A DNA stretch of 64,000 nt from an uncultured Gammaproteobacteria bacterium (GCA_963827755.1 CAWHCQ010000017.1:46071-110070); one strand, 5' to 3'; shown: positions 22,601-36,357, counted from the stretch's first letter. Numbers and translations are program-made. Notes: generated by a model not told the origin, from the letters alone.

Positions 22601-24259
22601 GTTCGGGCGCGGACCAATCAGAGAGACCAGCGACATCACCAGTTCTTCGCGAATCGGGTCGATTGGCGGGTTGGTGACCTGTGCAAAATTCTGTTTGAAG
22701 TAGTTCGACAGGGGCTTTGGCTTGTTCGACAGCACCGCTACCGGGTTATCGGCGCCCATCGAACCGATGGCTTCCTGGCCGGTGAGGGCCATCGGGGTCA
22801 TCAGGAACTTGATGTCTTCCTGGGTATAGCCAAATGACTGTTGCCGATCGAGCAGGGTCTCGTGATCCGGGGCCATCGCGCTGACCTCGCCGGGCAGATC
22901 GCGGAGCCGGATCTGGGTCCTGTTCAGCCAGTCCTGGTAGTCATGGCTGTCGGCGAGGGCGTTTTTGACTTCCTCGTTATCGATAATGCGGCCCTGCTCC
23001 AGGTCGATCAGGAACATCTTGCCGGGTTGCAGGCGCCATTTTTTGACAATGCGCTCTTCCGGGATATCGAGCACGCCCATTTCCGAGGCCATGACCACAA
23101 GGTCGTCATCGGTAATCAGGTAGCGCGCCGGGCGCAGGCCGTTGCGGTCGAGGGTGGCGCCGATCTGGCGGCCATCGGTAAAGGCGACGGCGGCCGGTCC
23201 GTCCCAGGGTTCCATGACGGCGGCATAATATTCGTAAAAGGCGCGGCGTTTTTTATCCATCAGCGGGTTGCCGGCCCAGGCCTCGGGGATCAGCAGCATC
23301 ATGGCATGGGCGAGGGAATAACCACCGGTGACCAGTAATTCCAGCGCATTGTCGAAGCAGGCGGAGTCCGACTGGCCTTCGGCAATCAGCGGCCAGAGTT
23401 TCTGCAGGTCTTCACCGAACAGTTTCGATGTCATGGATTGACGGCGTGCATTCATCCAGTTGATATTGCCGCGCATGGTGTTGATCTCGCCGTTGTGGGC
23501 GATCATGCGAAACGGATGTGCCAGGTCCCATGACGGGAAGGTGTTGGTGGAAAAGCGCTGGTGTACCAGGGCAAGTGCCGAGATCACGCGCGTATCATTC
23601 AAATCGGTGTAGTAGGTATTGACCTGGTTGGCCAGCAGCATGCCCTTGTAGCACAGGGTGCGCGCGGACATGGACGGGACGTAAAAGGTCTCGAGGCCTT
23701 CCCGGTCCGAATTCTGCAGCATGATTTCGACGCGCTTGCGGATAATGAACAGCTTGCGTTCGAATGTATCGGTATTCAGGCAATTCTCGCCCTTGCGGAT
23801 GAATACCATGCGAATGACCGGTTCAACCTGCCTGACGGATTCACCGAGGCCGGAGTTGTCGGTGGGGACGTCGCGCCAGCCGAGCAGGCCCTGGCCTTCT
23901 TCGGCAGTGATCCCGGTGATCAGGGTTTCGCAAAAATTGCGAATCTCCTCGCGGGCCGGCAGGAACAGCATGCCCACGCCATAGTCACCGGCAGCCGGCA
24001 GGTCGATGCCGAGGGCGGCGCATTCCTCGCGCAGGAAGGCATCCGGGATTTGCATGAGGATGCCGGCACCGTCACCGGCCAGCGGGTCGGCACCGACCGC
24101 ACCGCGGTGGGTCAGGTTTTCCAGGATGCGCAGCCCCTGCTGGACGATCTCATGACTCTTGCGCCCCTTGACGTTGGCGATGAAGCCGACGCCACAGGCA
24201 TCATGCTCGTTGGCAGGGTCATACAGGCCTTGTCGGGGTGGCAGCGTACCGTACTTCAT
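19619..24259 (-). CDS. gltB: Glutamate synthase large subunit
   Basis: [48 protein letters not shown]. Confidence 0.98.
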   Translation of the reverse strand: MKYGTLPPRQGLYDPANEHDACGVGFIANVKGRKSHEIVQQGLRILENLTHRGAVGADPLAGDGAGILMQIPDAFLREECAALGIDLPAAGDYGVGMLFLPAREEIRNFCETLITGITAEEGQGLLGWRDVPTDNSGLGESVRQVEPVIRMVFIRKGENCLNTDTFERKLFIIRKRVEIMLQNSDREGLETFYVPSMSARTLCYKGMLLANQVNTYYTDLNDTRVISALALVHQRFSTNTFPSWDLAHPFRMIAHNGEINTMRGNINWMNARRQSMTSKLFGEDLQKLWPLIAEGQSDSACFDNALELLVTGGYSLAHAMMLLIPEAWAGNPLMDKKRRAFYEYYAAVMEPWDGPAAVAFTDGRQIGATLDRNGLRPARYLITDDDLVVMASEMGVLDIPEERIVKKWRLQPGKMFLIDLEQGRIIDNEEVKNALADSHDYQDWLNRTQIRLRDLPGEVSAMAPDHETLLDRQQSFGYTQEDIKFLMTPMALTGQEAIGSMGADNPVAVLSNKPKPLSNYFKQNFAQVTNPPIDPIREELVMSLVSLIGPRPNLLELESTGGHMRLEVSQPILTNTDIERIRHIQDHTDGAFRTHTIDICYDAAEGADGMQGALTSVCQQATDAVQEGFNILILSDRGANIDRIAIPALLATSSVHQHLVQAGLRTESGLVIETGTAREVHQFATLAGYGAEAINPYLAFESLISIREQLVEKLDEHEICKRYIKAIGKGLLKVMSKMGISTYQSYCGAQIFDAVGLSTEFVDAYFTGTATTIEGIGLAEVAGETVRWHQNAYGNAPIYRNKLDVGGDYAFRLRGEDHMWTPDSIAKLQHATRANDAKTFREFSQLVDEQNERLLNLRGLFELNFPEKPVPLDEVEPAKEIVKRFSTGAMSFGSISYEAHTTLAIAMNRIGGKSNTGEGGEQTERFKPLENGDSKRSAIKQVASGRFGVTTEYLVNSDMIQIKMAQGAKPGEGGQLPGHKVDATIARVRHSTAGVGLISPPPHHDIYSIEDLAQLIHDLKNVNPQADISVKLVSEVGVGTVAAGVSKAHADHVTISGHDGGTGASPLTSIKHAGSPWEIGLAETHQTLVMNNLRSRIAVQVDGGMRTGRDVVIGALLGADEFGFATAPLIVEGCIMMRKCHLNTCPVGVATQDPELRKRFTGKPEHVVNYFFFVAEEIRELMAKLGFRRFDDMIGQSQCLNMRHAINHWKAQGLDFSRVLHKPAAPAGVGIYRADVQDHGLTRALDNQLIELSRAALDNKTAVQIDLPVKNTNRTVGTMLSGEVARRYGHAGLPEDTISITLRGTAGQSFGAFAAHGVSLTLIGEGNDYVGKGLSGGRIVVYPPAETPIIAEENIIVGNTVLYGAISGECYFRGVAGERFAVRNSGACAVVEGVGDHGCEYMTGGIVVVLGESGRNFAAGMSGGIAYVLDERGDFEQRCNLAMVELEPIAAEDDALEKLDHQGGDLETHGRVDISSDMTRYDALRLHRLIERHVHYTDSARGRSILDNWAAMLPKFIKVMPVDYRRALQEMQAAQVVTARAAKGGH

Positions 24260-24498
24260 TGATTTTACCCGCTTGTGAGGTTTCTCAGCCCGGCGCCCGG
24301 GATACAGACTCCGTGAAAAAATAATAAATACAGTACTTTACAATATTGTAGCCAGTAATCGTTTGGCCGCGAGCATCCTGAATCCGGGCGGGGGCCAAAA
24401 GGCCGAATAGTATAGCGCTGCCGGGCCGGCGGTTCAATTTGCGATGGAGTGTTTTTCCTTTTTAATTTCAGGGATATGCAAAGTGCTCGTACAGCAGC

Positions 24499-24747
24499 CT
24501 ATTTCGAATGTGCCTGCATGAACACCACCTGGTAGCCGCGCTTGAGCTGTTCATCGCGGATCTGCAGCAGCGCGGCCTCTGCGTCGCCCTGCTCACTGAA
24601 ATGCTCTTTTTTGATCCGGCCGGCGGCGCCCTGGTAACCCCATTCCCGAATCAGCGACCAGCCCTCAAGCAGGTCTTCCTGCAGATGCAGGTGATAGAAG
24701 CGGGGTGCCTTGTCGCCTTGCGGCGGGATTTGCATGTAGATGCGCAT
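24499..24747 (-). CDS. Stand-alone WGR-domain protein
   Basis: RFYHLHLQEDLLEGWSLIREWG..G...K RGY pattern; start MRIYMQ. Confidence 0.75.
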   Translation of the reverse strand: MRIYMQIPPQGDKAPRFYHLHLQEDLLEGWSLIREWGYQGAAGRIKKEHFSEQGDAEAALLQIRDEQLKRGYQVVFMQAHSK

Positions 24748-24808
24748 GGGTATCGGGAAATAAAAAATTATCTCACGCAGAGGCGCAGGGTGAGACAGCA
24801 TTCATTCA

Positions 24809-25981
24809 CTAACGCTCCTGTTTGATGATGCGTTCATACTCCGCGAGGGCGTAGCGGTCGGTCATGCCGGCGATGTAGTCGGCGACTGCGCGGGCGCGGC
24901 CGTTCCGGCCGTCGGCGGTTTCCAGGTTGGCCAGGTGCTCGCGGGACTCGTCCGGCAACAGGTCTGCGTCCGTGAAATAGGCCCCGAACAGGGCGGTGAC
25001 CGTTTCTGCCGCCCGGGTGCTCATGCGCTGTACCTGTGGATGGCGGTAAAGGTTGCTGCGCAGGAAACGTTTCAGCTCGAGATTTTTTTCGCGCATGCCG
25101 TCACTGAAAGCGATCAGGGCCACGCCGTGGTTGCGGACGGCCTCGAGATCTTCGGGGGCTGCCTGCTCGAGATTGCGGGTGCTGGTCTCGACCAGGTCGA
25201 TCACCTGGCAGCCTATCAGGCGCCGTACTACCTCGTGGATGGTGCGGCGTGGCGGCAGGTCGGGGTAGAGACTGCAAACCGTCTCGTGCTGTTCCCGGTA
25301 CAGTTCGATCTCATTCAGGGAGTCGACGTCAATCAGACCGGAGCGCAGGCCGTCGTCCACGTCGTGAGAATTGTAGGCGATCTCGTCGGCCAGGTTTGTC
25401 AGCTGCGCCTCCAGCGAGGCCTGTTTTTTCTCGATAAAGCGTCGCCCGACTTCTCCAAGTGTTCCGGCATTCTTTATGGAACAGTGTTTGAGGATGCCCT
25501 CGCGGGTTTCAAAGGTCAGGTTCAGACCGGAGAACTCTGCGTAGCGCTGCTCGAGTTTGTCGACGACGCGCAGTGACTGCAGGTTGTGTTCAAAGCCGCC
25601 ATAGTCTTTCATGCAGGCGTTCAGGGCATCCTGGCCGGCATGCCCGAAAGGTGTATGACCAAGGTCGTGCGCCAGCGCGATACCCTCGGTCAGGTCTTCG
25701 TTGAGATGCAGGGCGCGGGCAATCGAGCGCGCAACCTGTGCGACCTCGATGGAATGCGTCAGCCGGGTGCGGAACAGGTCGCCCTCGTGATTGACGAACA
25801 CCTGTGTCTTGTATTCGAGCCGCCGAAAGGCGGCGGAATGGATGATCCTGTCACGGTCTCGCTGGAATTCCGTCCGGTACGCCGGCGCGGGTTCGTGGTG
25901 CCGGCGACCTTTTGAACAAAGCCCGGTGACGGCGTAGGGTGCAAGCGTCGAGGTTCGCGATGCCGTGGCTGCGTCGTTCAT
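24809..25981 (-). CDS. dgt: Deoxyguanosinetriphosphate triphosphohydrolase-like HD protein
   Basis: [48 protein letters not shown]. Confidence 0.92.
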   Translation of the reverse strand: MNDAATASRTSTLAPYAVTGLCSKGRRHHEPAPAYRTEFQRDRDRIIHSAAFRRLEYKTQVFVNHEGDLFRTRLTHSIEVAQVARSIARALHLNEDLTEGIALAHDLGHTPFGHAGQDALNACMKDYGGFEHNLQSLRVVDKLEQRYAEFSGLNLTFETREGILKHCSIKNAGTLGEVGRRFIEKKQASLEAQLTNLADEIAYNSHDVDDGLRSGLIDVDSLNEIELYREQHETVCSLYPDLPPRRTIHEVVRRLIGCQVIDLVETSTRNLEQAAPEDLEAVRNHGVALIAFSDGMREKNLELKRFLRSNLYRHPQVQRMSTRAAETVTALFGAYFTDADLLPDESREHLANLETADGRNGRARAVADYIAGMTDRYALAEYERIIKQER

Positions 25982-25987
25982 GGGGTA

Positions 25988-27061
25988 TCAGGCCGCCGCC
26001 AGTGTCTGGTTCAGCAGGTCCGCATCGAAGTCACTGGTCAGAAAGGCGTCGCCGATGGCCTTTAGCAGGATCAGGCGTATGCCGTCATCGACCACCTTCT
26101 TGTCGACCGCCATGAGTTTCATGAAGCGTGCCGGCTCCATCTCATCCGGTGGATGGGTTGGCAGGCCGGCCTGCAGCAGCAGTTTTTCGATGCGCCCGAC
26201 CGCCTCGTCTGTCAGCCAGCCATGCCGTGCCGACAGGTCGGCAGCCATGAGCATGCCGGTGGCGACCGCTTCGCCATGCAGCCAGTTGCCGTAGCCGGTG
26301 CCGGTCTCGATGGCATGCCCGAAGGTATGGCCGAGATTGAGCAGGGCGCGCTGGCCGCTTTCACGCTCGTCCGCGGCGACGATTTCCGCCTTCAGTGCAC
26401 AGGAGCGCTCGATGGCCAGGGCCAGAGCCTTTTTGTCGCGTGCCATCAGCAGGCCGATGTTCTTTTCGAGCCAGCCAAAGAAAGCGGCATCGCGTATCAG
26501 GCCATACTTGATGACTTCAGCCAGCCCCGCGGCCAGCTGCCGGTCGTCGAGTGTGTCGAGTGTGTCGGTGTCGATCAGTACGCAGGCAGGCTGGTGAAAA
26601 GCGCCGATCATGTTTTTGCCGAGCGCGTGGTTGACGCCGGTCTTGCCGCCCACCGATGAATCCACCTGTGCCAGCAGCGTCGTCGGGATCTGCAGAAAGG
26701 CCACGCCGCGCTGGTAGCTGGCAGCCGCGAAACCCGTAATATCACCGATGACACCGCCACCGAGGGCGACCAGTGTGCAGCCGCGGTTAAACCTGTTTTC
26801 CAGCAATGCGCTGAAGACCAGGTTCAGTGTGTCGAGGTTTTTGTACTGCTCGCCATCCGGCAGGACAACGGTTGCCAGCTCGAAGTCGCTGAAGATGTCG
26901 CGCACGCTATCCAGGTACAGCGGCGCAATGGTTTCGTTGGTTACCACCATGACCTGTCGGCCACGCACGTGCTTTGTCAGCAGTTGCGGGTCGCCCAGCA
27001 GGCCCTGGCCGATAAAGATCGGGTAGCTGCGTTCGCCAAGTTCAACCGTTAATGTATCCAT
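25988..27061 (-). CDS. aroB: 3-dehydroquinate synthase
   Basis: [34 protein letters not shown]. Confidence 0.98.
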   Translation of the reverse strand: MDTLTVELGERSYPIFIGQGLLGDPQLLTKHVRGRQVMVVTNETIAPLYLDSVRDIFSDFELATVVLPDGEQYKNLDTLNLVFSALLENRFNRGCTLVALGGGVIGDITGFAAASYQRGVAFLQIPTTLLAQVDSSVGGKTGVNHALGKNMIGAFHQPACVLIDTDTLDTLDDRQLAAGLAEVIKYGLIRDAAFFGWLEKNIGLLMARDKKALALAIERSCALKAEIVAADERESGQRALLNLGHTFGHAIETGTGYGNWLHGEAVATGMLMAADLSARHGWLTDEAVGRIEKLLLQAGLPTHPPDEMEPARFMKLMAVDKKVVDDGIRLILLKAIGDAFLTSDFDADLLNQTLAAA

Positions 27062-27150
27062 GGTCCCGGATTGTGTCTGTAGAGACAGGCAGGATAGCGA
27101 AAAATCACGCCCGAGGGAAAAGTCTTGAAGACGTCTGTCAAAGTGCCGGG

Positions 27151-27666
27151 CTATTGCTGCAAGTCGCGGATAATTTTCCTGACAACATCGCGCACCCGCA
27201 TGCCATCGGTTTCGATGACCAGTCCAGCGGTTTCCCGGTAGAGCGGGTCGCGAATTGCCAGCAGTTCTTCCAGGGTCCTGCGCGGGTCCGGGGTTTGCAG
27301 CAGCGGCCGGTTACGGTCACGTGATGTCCGCGAGAGCTGCTGCCTGACCGAGGTATGCAGGTAGATGACGTAGCCGCGGCTGCGAAGCCGCTCCCGGTTT
27401 TCGGGGTCGAGTATGGCACCGCCGCCGGTTGCCAGCACGATATTCGGCAGGCGGGTGAGTTCGTCGATGACCTCGGATTCGCGCTTGCGGAAGCCGGCCT
27501 CACCTTCCAGTTCAAATATCAGCGGTATATCCACCCCGGTACGTTGTTCGATTTCATGGTCGCTGTCATGGAATGGCATCGACAACTGTTTTGCCAGCTG
27601 CCGGCCGATAGTGGATTTGCCGGCCCCCATGGGGCCCGTAAGAAAGATGCTGCCCGGCGTTTTCAT
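27151..27666 (-). CDS. aroK: Shikimate kinase
   Basis: [22 protein letters not shown]. Confidence 0.97.
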   Translation of the reverse strand: MKTPGSIFLTGPMGAGKSTIGRQLAKQLSMPFHDSDHEIEQRTGVDIPLIFELEGEAGFRKRESEVIDELTRLPNIVLATGGGAILDPENRERLRSRGYVIYLHTSVRQQLSRTSRDRNRPLLQTPDPRRTLEELLAIRDPLYRETAGLVIETDGMRVRDVVRKIIRDLQQ

Positions 27667-27723
27667 GTCGGGCAGGCTTGCCGAAACATGACTGTAGCGG
27701 CGGGAAATGCCGGCAGTGGATGC

Positions 27724-29866
27724 CTAGATATTGATGTCTTCCCTGACAATCTTCGGCGTAACGAAGATCAGCAGTTCGGCCTTGTCGTTGACAGTCAGGC
27801 GCTTGTTGAACATCCAGTCAACCAGCGGCAATTCACCGAAGAAAGGTACACGATCAATTTCCTGGGTTTTTTCCTGCTCGTAGATGCCGCCGAGCACCAG
27901 GGTTTCGCCGTTGTCGACCAGGACCTGGGTAGATACCTCGTTGGTATCGATGCTCGGGACGCCGAGGAAGATTTCGCCGACGCTGTCCTTGTTGATCTGC
28001 AGGTCCATGATGATGCGGTCATCCGGCGTTATCTGCGGCGTGACCCGCAGGCTCAGCACGGCTTCCTTGAATGACACGCTGGTTGCGCCGCTGGATGAGG
28101 CCTCCTGGTAGGGGATTTCCACGCCCGACTTGATGAAGGCCGCTTTCTGGTTCGATGTAATGACCCGCGGGCTGGAGATGACCTCACCGTGGCCTTCGGC
28201 TTCCATGGCGGTCAGTTCCATCTGCAGGAAGTGGCTGCCAAGCCTGCCGATCGCGAGGCCAAATGAACTGGTTGCACCGATAACCGGCAGGTCAACCATC
28301 AGGCCTTCGAGACCGCTGCCTGCCGGCGACTTCAAAACCTGTGACCTGTGCCGGCTGTAGATCACCGGCAAGCTTGCCGCCGAAGGTGCGGAAATGATCA
28401 TCGTTGAAGTTGGTGCTTTTAGAGAGTCCGAAGGTGACACCCAGGTCCTTGGAGAAATCATTGCTGGCAATAACGATCCTGGATTCAATCAAAACCTGTC
28501 GAATCGGTATATCCAGTCGTGCAACCAGGCTGCGCGCTTCTGCAAGTTTTGCTGCCGTGTCCTGTACCAGCAGGGTATTGGTACGCTCGTCAGTCGTGGC
28601 CTTGCCCCTGCCTGACAGCAGGGTGGTCTCTTCACTCTTCAGCAGGTCTGCAATGTCCGATGCCTTGGCATAATTGATCTGGATAAATTCGGAATACACC
28701 GGTTCGAGTTCCTCGATCTGCTTCTGCGATTCGAGTTCGAGTTTTTCGCGCGCGGCGATTTCCTCGCTCGGAGCAACCAGCATGACATTGCCGGTTTGAC
28801 GCATGGCCAGGCCCTTGGTCTTGAGGATGATGTCAAGCGCCTGGTCCCAGGGAACATTTTTCAGGCGCAGCGTGAGCCTGCCGCCGACCGTGTCACTGAC
28901 CACGATATTGATGCCGGTGAAGTCGGCAATCAGCTGCAGGACAGAACGCGCCTCGATATCCTGGAAGTTCAGCGAAAGTCTTTCGCCAAGGTATCCGAAC
29001 TCGTCTTTCTTGACGGCTTCCTCTTCTTCCCTGGTGAGACCCCGGACTTCGATCGTGAACTGGTTGCCTGACTGATAGGCGATATATTCGAAGGCACCCA
29101 GCGGCGAGATCACCATGTGAACGTTTTCGCCCTTGCTGTAGGCATCGATCGTTTTTACCGGCGTTGCAAAATCGAGCACATCAAGACGTCTTTCCATCTC
29201 CCGTGGCAACCGGGCGCGGTAGAAATCCACGACAACCTTGTCATCCTGCTGTTGCATGTCGACAGGAATAGAGGGGTCAGACAGGGTGACGATGACGCGG
29301 CCTTCGCCGGCTTCGCCGCGGCGAAAATCTATGTTACTGATACTGCCGGAAGCGGCGCCCATTGCAGCCGCGGCTGTTGCCCGTGCTTCGGACAGCTGAC
29401 TGCCTGCGTTTTGCACGGTGAGGATGATTTTGTTGCCCTCTGCATGGGCCTCGTAGGGAACCATGTCAAGCAGGTTGACAACGACACGGGTGCGTCCCTT
29501 GGCTTCAACAACAGCGATGCTTTCAGCCATGCCAATGCCGATCGACTGCCTGCGCTGCGCCAGTTCATTGGTGGTGTTGGGAAAATCCAGTGCAATACGG
29601 GCCGGGTTATCGATGGTGAAGCTGAGCGGGGTAGTGGCGGGCTGGCTCATGGTCAGGGTGATGACAGCCTTGTTGCCGGGCAGGGCAGAGAAATCGACGG
29701 CCTTGATAGAATTACTGGTCGCTGCCTGTGCAGAGATTAACCCACCCGCCAGAAGCAGGGCCGTTGCGAACAGCAGGCTCTGCAGCAAGCTGAAGCCGGA
29801 TTGCCTGGTGGCCCGAAACAGCAAAACATGTTTTGCCGGTGCGCGATGAGTGGTATTTCCGTTCAT
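27724..29866 (-). CDS. pilQ: Type IV pilus secretin (apparent frameshift ~28330)
   Basis: AMIN domains, LSLNFQDI, VPWDQALD, QVLIESRIV in ORF 28292..29866; secretin tail VTPQIT...ELLIFVTP in ORF 27724..28488. Confidence 0.93.
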
Positions 29867-29884
29867 TGCCTTGCCCCTGTGGGA

Positions 29885-30430
29885 TTATTCGCTAATTGTA
29901 ATCGAAGCCGGGCGTTCCACCCAGCCCCCGATACCATCCGGAATGATTTCAGTAAATTCAACTTCAAATTCCGTGATCTTGTTAATTTTACCGTGATTCT
30001 GGCCGGCATAATTGCCCGGCTGCACGCGGTGTATGGTGCCATCCGTGTCATTGATGAGCGCCCATGTCTCCTCGTTTTGCTCCAGTGTCCCAACCATTCT
30101 CAGGCTGTCAAGTGCGAATTCCTCAAGCGGCTCTGTCGGCCTGTCAAAATCGGGTGCGATGCCGTTGCCCGATGACACCAGGGTCGCGGCGCGTGGCTTG
30201 GAAAAAGTGGGCTCGGTAAACGGGTCCCGGAGATCGCCTGCCTGGTAGGCAAAGGACTTGTAGGGCTCGAATTCCGGCAGTGGTTCGATGCTGGTTTTTT
30301 GCCGGTTTTTCACGTCTTCGACGTAGAGTTCCAGGTCAGTTGTCGATTCCCCGGTGCAGGCAAGCAGTAACCCGGAAACTGAAACAATGCCAAGCCAGCG
30401 TGTCGCGAGTCGGTAAGCGCTGCTCATCAT
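29885..30430 (-). CDS. pilP: Type IV pilus lipoprotein PilP
   Basis: Lipobox LLAC, RDPF, EPLEEF.LD.L.MVG, GQNHG. Confidence 0.93.
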   Translation of the reverse strand: MMSSAYRLATRWLGIVSVSGLLLACTGESTTDLELYVEDVKNRQKTSIEPLPEFEPYKSFAYQAGDLRDPFTEPTFSKPRAATLVSSGNGIAPDFDRPTEPLEEFALDSLRMVGTLEQNEETWALINDTDGTIHRVQPGNYAGQNHGKINKITEFEVEFTEIIPDGIGGWVERPASITISE

Positions 30431-31035
30431 TTTGCCCCATCCTGCTTGTGTATTTCACTTTCTTCGAGGTAGCGATAGGTCTTGGCAGTAAGATTCATGG
30501 CCAGCAAACTGTCGTCTTTCCCGAGACGGGTAATATTGATGTCGTGCAGGGTTACGATGCGTGGCAAGGCCGAAAGGCCGCTTATGAAGTTTCCGAATTC
30601 ATGGAATTTGCCAATGACGCGTATGCTGATGGGTAATTCAGCATAAAATTCCCTCGGGCTTTCGTTCTCTGGCTTGAACAGCTCGAACTCGAGTCCGCTG
30701 GCAAGACCGGTCTGTGAGATATCAACCAGCAGGTCCGCGACTTCCGTTTTATTGGGTAATTGGCGCAACATGGCGCCGAAAGATTCGCGCATGTCTTCCA
30801 GTTGCTGTTCATAGGCTTCCAGGTTGGTCGCCTGCCCTGCCTTTTTCTCGAAGCTGGCTTTCAGCTCGCTCTCGAGCTGTTTTGTCTTGTCGAGTTCCAG
30901 CAGTTGATCCTTGGTATGGAACCAGTAGCCGAGAAATATGATGCTGCCCATCATGAACAGGATAACGACTGCACGTGCAGCAGCCGGCCAGCGGGCGACG
31001 TTCGTCAGGTCAAGGTCTTCCAGGTTCAGGTTCAC
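30427..31035 (-). CDS. pilO: Type IV pilus protein PilO
   Basis: QLPNKTEV, FYAELPI, LPRIVTLHD; operon order. Confidence 0.93.
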   Translation of the reverse strand: MNLNLEDLDLTNVARWPAAARAVVILFMMGSIIFLGYWFHTKDQLLELDKTKQLESELKASFEKKAGQATNLEAYEQQLEDMRESFGAMLRQLPNKTEVADLLVDISQTGLASGLEFELFKPENESPREFYAELPISIRVIGKFHEFGNFISGLSALPRIVTLHDINITRLGKDDSLLAMNLTAKTYRYLEESEIHKQDGAK

Positions 31036-31613
31036 AGCTCACCCCCGCTGCCGGCTTCGTCCGTGGACTTGTCGCGTGCACGCTGGGATCCCCGCAGGGT
31101 GAAGTTTGCAATCCGGCGGCGGTTGTTTTCTGTTGTCCTGATCTGGTCAAGGCGTGGATCGCTAAACCATTCTGATGAGTCTATGTTGCGCATATAGTCG
31201 GAAACACGTGCATTCGACTGCGCAACACCCTGCAGTGTCAGGCTTCTGTTCTGCTGGGTAAAGGTATTGATAAAGACGCCATCGGGCAGGGATCTGACCA
31301 GTTCATCCATCATGTGTACACTTTCCGGGCGGCTGCTTTGCAGGTCCTGGATAACGTTCATGCGTGCCAGCAGGCCCTGCTTCATCGACTCAAGGTCTTC
31401 AATGCGCTTGATGCGTTTATCAAGGATATTGATTTCAGACTGGAGAAATTGATTGCGATAATTCTGGAAAGATATCTTGCCATTAACAAACAGGTGAGCA
31501 GCAAATACCAGCAGCACGGCAAAGACCGCGCTGACTACGGTGGTGGTGACGAATTCCTTTTGCTTTTGTTTGCGCAGTTCCTCGCGCCATGGCAGGAGGT
31601 TGATATGTGCCAT
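31032..31613 (-). CDS. pilN: Type IV pilus protein PilN
   Basis: INLLPWRE N-terminus. Confidence 0.95.
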   Translation of the reverse strand: MAHINLLPWREELRKQKQKEFVTTTVVSAVFAVLLVFAAHLFVNGKISFQNYRNQFLQSEINILDKRIKRIEDLESMKQGLLARMNVIQDLQSSRPESVHMMDELVRSLPDGVFINTFTQQNRSLTLQGVAQSNARVSDYMRNIDSSEWFSDPRLDQIRTTENNRRRIANFTLRGSQRARDKSTDEAGSGGEL

Positions 31614-31614
31614 A

Positions 31615-32700
<1,086 letters not shown>

Positions 32701-32917
32701 TTACCCGTTGTTGAACAACATAGGTAGTCCGCCGCATTAGAGAATATTGGCAAGTATTTGTCAACTAATGCGTAAAGCACAACAAGTGTTATTGTATTGG
32801 TTATCGGACAGTTACCCTTTAAGGTTGAGAAGTATTTGGCCGGAAAATAATCCGGGTATGTAAACAATGTATCTCCACAATGTTCATTGAACTTGATCAC
32901 AGGTTGTTGCTGCGCAT

Positions 32918-35316
32918 ATGAAACTCTCTCGCACTGCTCGTTTTTTACTCTATACAATGCTGCTTGGCGGTCTTGCCGTATCAGTGTTAGTTGTTGTTCT
33001 ATATATAAAAATCGAGTCAAAGCTGCCGTCCATCGATGTCCTGAAAGAAGTCAAGTTGCAGGAACCGCTGCGGGTTTTCACCCGCGATCGAAAGCTGCTG
33101 GCTGAATTCGGCGACAAGCGCCGCAAGCCGGTCACGATTGAACAGGTACCGCAGGCGATGGTACAGGCTTTTCTCGCGGCAGAGGATGATCGCTTCTTTG
33201 AGCATTCCGGAGTCGATTTCGCGGGTTTGATGCGTGCCGCCGTCGAGTTGATCACGACCGGCGAGAAGCGCAGCGGTGGCAGTACCATCACCATGCAGAT
33301 GGCGAGAAACTTCTTCCTGCCCACTGAAAAGACCTATTTGCGCAAGCTCACGGAAATATTGCTGGCCTTCAAGATTGAAAACTCGCTGAGCAAGAACGAG
33401 ATCCTCGAGCTGTACCTCAACAAGATTTATCTCGGCAACCGCGCCTATGGCGTCGAAGCGGCGGCACGTGTTTATTATGGTAAAAGTATAAGTGACATTT
33501 CTTTGGCGCAGGTGGCCATGATTGCAGCCCTGCCCAAGGCGCCGTCACGTATCAACCCGGTGAACGACCCCGAGGCTGCGACGACCCGGCGTAATTATAT
33601 CCTTGGACGCATGCACCGCCTTGGCTACATTGACGAAGCAACCCGGGAGGCGGCAATTAACGAGGTGGATCAGGCCAGCCTGCACAAGGTCAGGTCCGAG
33701 GCCAGCGCCGCTTATCCTGCTGAAATGGTCCGCGATGAAATGGTCCGGCGTTTTGGCCTGTCGGTCTATACCGCCGGTTATGAGGTCATCACGACCATCG
33801 ATGCGGCGAAACAGACAGCCGCGAATCTCGCCTTGCGCAAGGCCCTGCTCGACTACAGCAAGCGGCATGGTTACCGGGGCCCTGAGGCGCGGGCCAGCCA
33901 GGAGGAGTATGACGTGGCGGATTATCCACAGCTGCTGTCAGACTATCCTCCGGTCGGTGGTCTGACGGCCGCCGTTGTCACCGGGACCGAAGAAAAGGTT
34001 GCCACAGCCGTCCTTGCCACTGGTGAAGTCATCACGATCGGCTGGGAGGGTTTGTCGTGGGCCCGGCCCTATATCGATGAAAACAGGAGGGGCAAGTCTC
34101 CGAAACTGGCCGCTGATGTGCTGGGGCCGGGAGATGTAGTCCGGGTTTTACAGGCCGGGGATGGCACCTGGCAGCTTGCACAGATTCCGACAGTCGAAGG
34201 TGCGCTGGTGTCGCTGCGTCCTGTTGATGGCGCGATCCAGGCATTGGCGGGTGGTTTTGACTTCGACCGGAGTAAATTCAACCGGGTCACTCAAGCCCGG
34301 CGCCAGCCAGGCTCGAGTTTCAAGCCGGTTATTTATACAGCAGCCCTCGACAAGGGATTTACTGCGGCAAGCCTGATCAACGATGCCCCGGTGGTGTTTG
34401 ATGATCCTGCACTTGAATCGACCTGGCGCCCGGAAAATTACAGTGGCCAGTTTTACGGGCCAACCCGTATGCGCGAAGCGCTCTACCGTTCCCGCAACCT
34501 GGTGTCCATCAGGATTCTGCGCACGATAGGTATCGGTTATGCTGCCGGCTACGCCGAGCGTTTTGGCTTCACCAGAGACCAGTTACCGAGGGACCTGACG
34601 CTGGCCCTGGGCAGTGCCGCGGTGTCACCCCTGCAGATGGCGCGCGCCTATGCCGTGCTGGCCAATGGCGGCTACCTGGTCGAGCCCTACATCATTCAAA
34701 GCATCCATGATCCTGATGGCAATGCGGTGTTTCGCGCCAACCCGGCCCTGGTGTGTCCCGATTGCCCGCAGACACTGGAGAACATTGATGATTCTTCCCC
34801 CCCACGGCAATCAATCCTGCCGAGCAGGTCATCTCTCCACAGACTGTCTGGTTGATGACGTCGATGATGCAGGATGTGATCCAGCGCGGTACCGGCAAGC
34901 GGGCGCGCGTCCTGAATCGCACGGACCTGGCCGGTAAAACCGGCACCACCAACGACCAGAAGGACGCCTGGTTCTGCGGATTCAACCACTCACAGGTGGC
35001 GATCGCCTGGGTCGGTTTTGACAAGCTGGCCCCGCTGGGCCGCCAGGAGACCGGGGGGAAGGCGGCCTTACCCATGTGGATAGACTATATGCGATCAGCG
35101 CTGTCGGGCGTCGAGCAGAGAAAGCCAGGGCCGCCGCAAGGCCTGGTCACCGTGCGCATCGATCCTGCCAGTGGTTTACTCGCAGGAAGCGGGCAGTCCG
35201 ATGCGATATTCGAGACCTTTCGCGAAGAATCCGTACCGCAACAGACCTCTGATGCAGGTGCCATGGGGGAAAACGGTGGCGGGCCGGGTGGCGGACCGGG
35301 CGAGCAATTATTTTAG
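32918..35316 (+). CDS. mrcA: Penicillin-binding protein 1A (apparent frameshift in C-run 34797-34803)
   Basis: EDDRF, GGSTITMQ, SSFK, SRN; GKTGT in ORF 34852..35316; divergent from pilM. Confidence 0.93.
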
Positions 35317-35436
35317 GGCATTGCTGCGGCGGGCAGAATGGATAAAGGCAGGCCTTCACCCGATTCTGCAGGGGCGCCTTGCCGGCGTGATATGACGAAC
35401 GTCGAGCTGGTTTGCGCTCCTGCGCAACGGGTTGTC

Positions 35437-36357
35437 CTACAACTGTTTCAGATCGGCACGGATACTTTCGATCGATGCGAGAAAGCCTTCCTGCTCATTG
35501 GCATCCAGCGGTAGTTCGACGATTTCCTCAATGCCGTTACAGCCAAGGATCGCCGGTACACCGGTGGTAATGTCCTGCTGTTGGTATTCACCCTCGAGGA
35601 TGCATACGCAGGGCAATACCCGCCGCCGGTTGTTGGCGATGGAATCCACCATGGTCGCGATAGCCGCGGCCGGTGCGTTGTAGGCGCTGCTGGTCTGGCG
35701 CAGCGCCAGTACTTCCCCGCCGCCGTGCCGGGTCTTGTCGTTGATGCGTTCGATCGTGTCCGGGTCAAGAAAGGTCGTGGCCGGAACGCCGTTGACGGTA
35801 CTGAACCGGGTCAGCGGCACCATCAGGTCGCCGTGTCCGCCTATGACCATGGTGTGAATGTCCTTGATGGAGATACCGGTTTCCGTGGCGATAAAACTGG
35901 CCATGCGCGAGGCATCGAGTACGCCGGCCTGTCCGAATATCCGCCGGCGGTCCCAGCCGGTGCGCTTCCAGGCGTGATGCGTGAGCACGTCGACCGGGTT
36001 GGTGACCAGCAACAGCAGGCAGTCCGGGGCATATTCGAGGACGTCGTCGAGGATACTGTCGATGACGGCGCGGTTGATGCCGAGGACGTCGCTGCGTGAC
36101 ATGCCGGGTTTGCGCGGCGAACCTGCCGTGATAATGACCAGCTCCGATCCTTTCAGCAGGGCGGGGTCGCTGCCACCGGTCACGCGGACATCGGATCCGA
36201 AAAACGGCGCCGCCTGGCGAATATCCAGGGCCGCTCCGTCTGCCGCACCTTCGCGGACATCCAGCAGGACGACTTCATTACACATTCCATGTTGTGCCAG
36301 TGTTTGTGCCGTGGTTTCTCCGACCCGGCCTGCCCCTACAATGCTGATCTTGTTCAT
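35437..36357 (-). CDS. mdh: Malate dehydrogenase, LDH-like type
   Basis: GAGRVG, TAGSPRKPGMSRSD, VTNPVD, LDASR, GGHGD. Confidence 0.85.
   Translation of the reverse strand: MNKISIVGAGRVGETTAQTLAQHGMCNEVVLLDVREGAADGAALDIRQAAPFFGSDVRVTGGSDPALLKGSELVIITAGSPRKPGMSRSDVLGINRAVIDSILDDVLEYAPDCLLLLVTNPVDVLTHHAWKRTGWDRRRIFGQAGVLDASRMASFIATETGISIKDIHTMVIGGHGDLMVPLTRFSTVNGVPATTFLDPDTIERINDKTRHGGGEVLALRQTSSAYNAPAAAIATMVDSIANNRRRVLPCVCILEGEYQQQDITTGVPAILGCNGIEEIVELPLDANEQEGFLASIESIRADLKQL

Noticed and set aside
34797-34803. C-run in mrcA as a phase-variation tract
   Set aside because: Only 7 C in a core cell-wall gene, in a sequence with many other single-base indels; homopolymer error is more parsimonious
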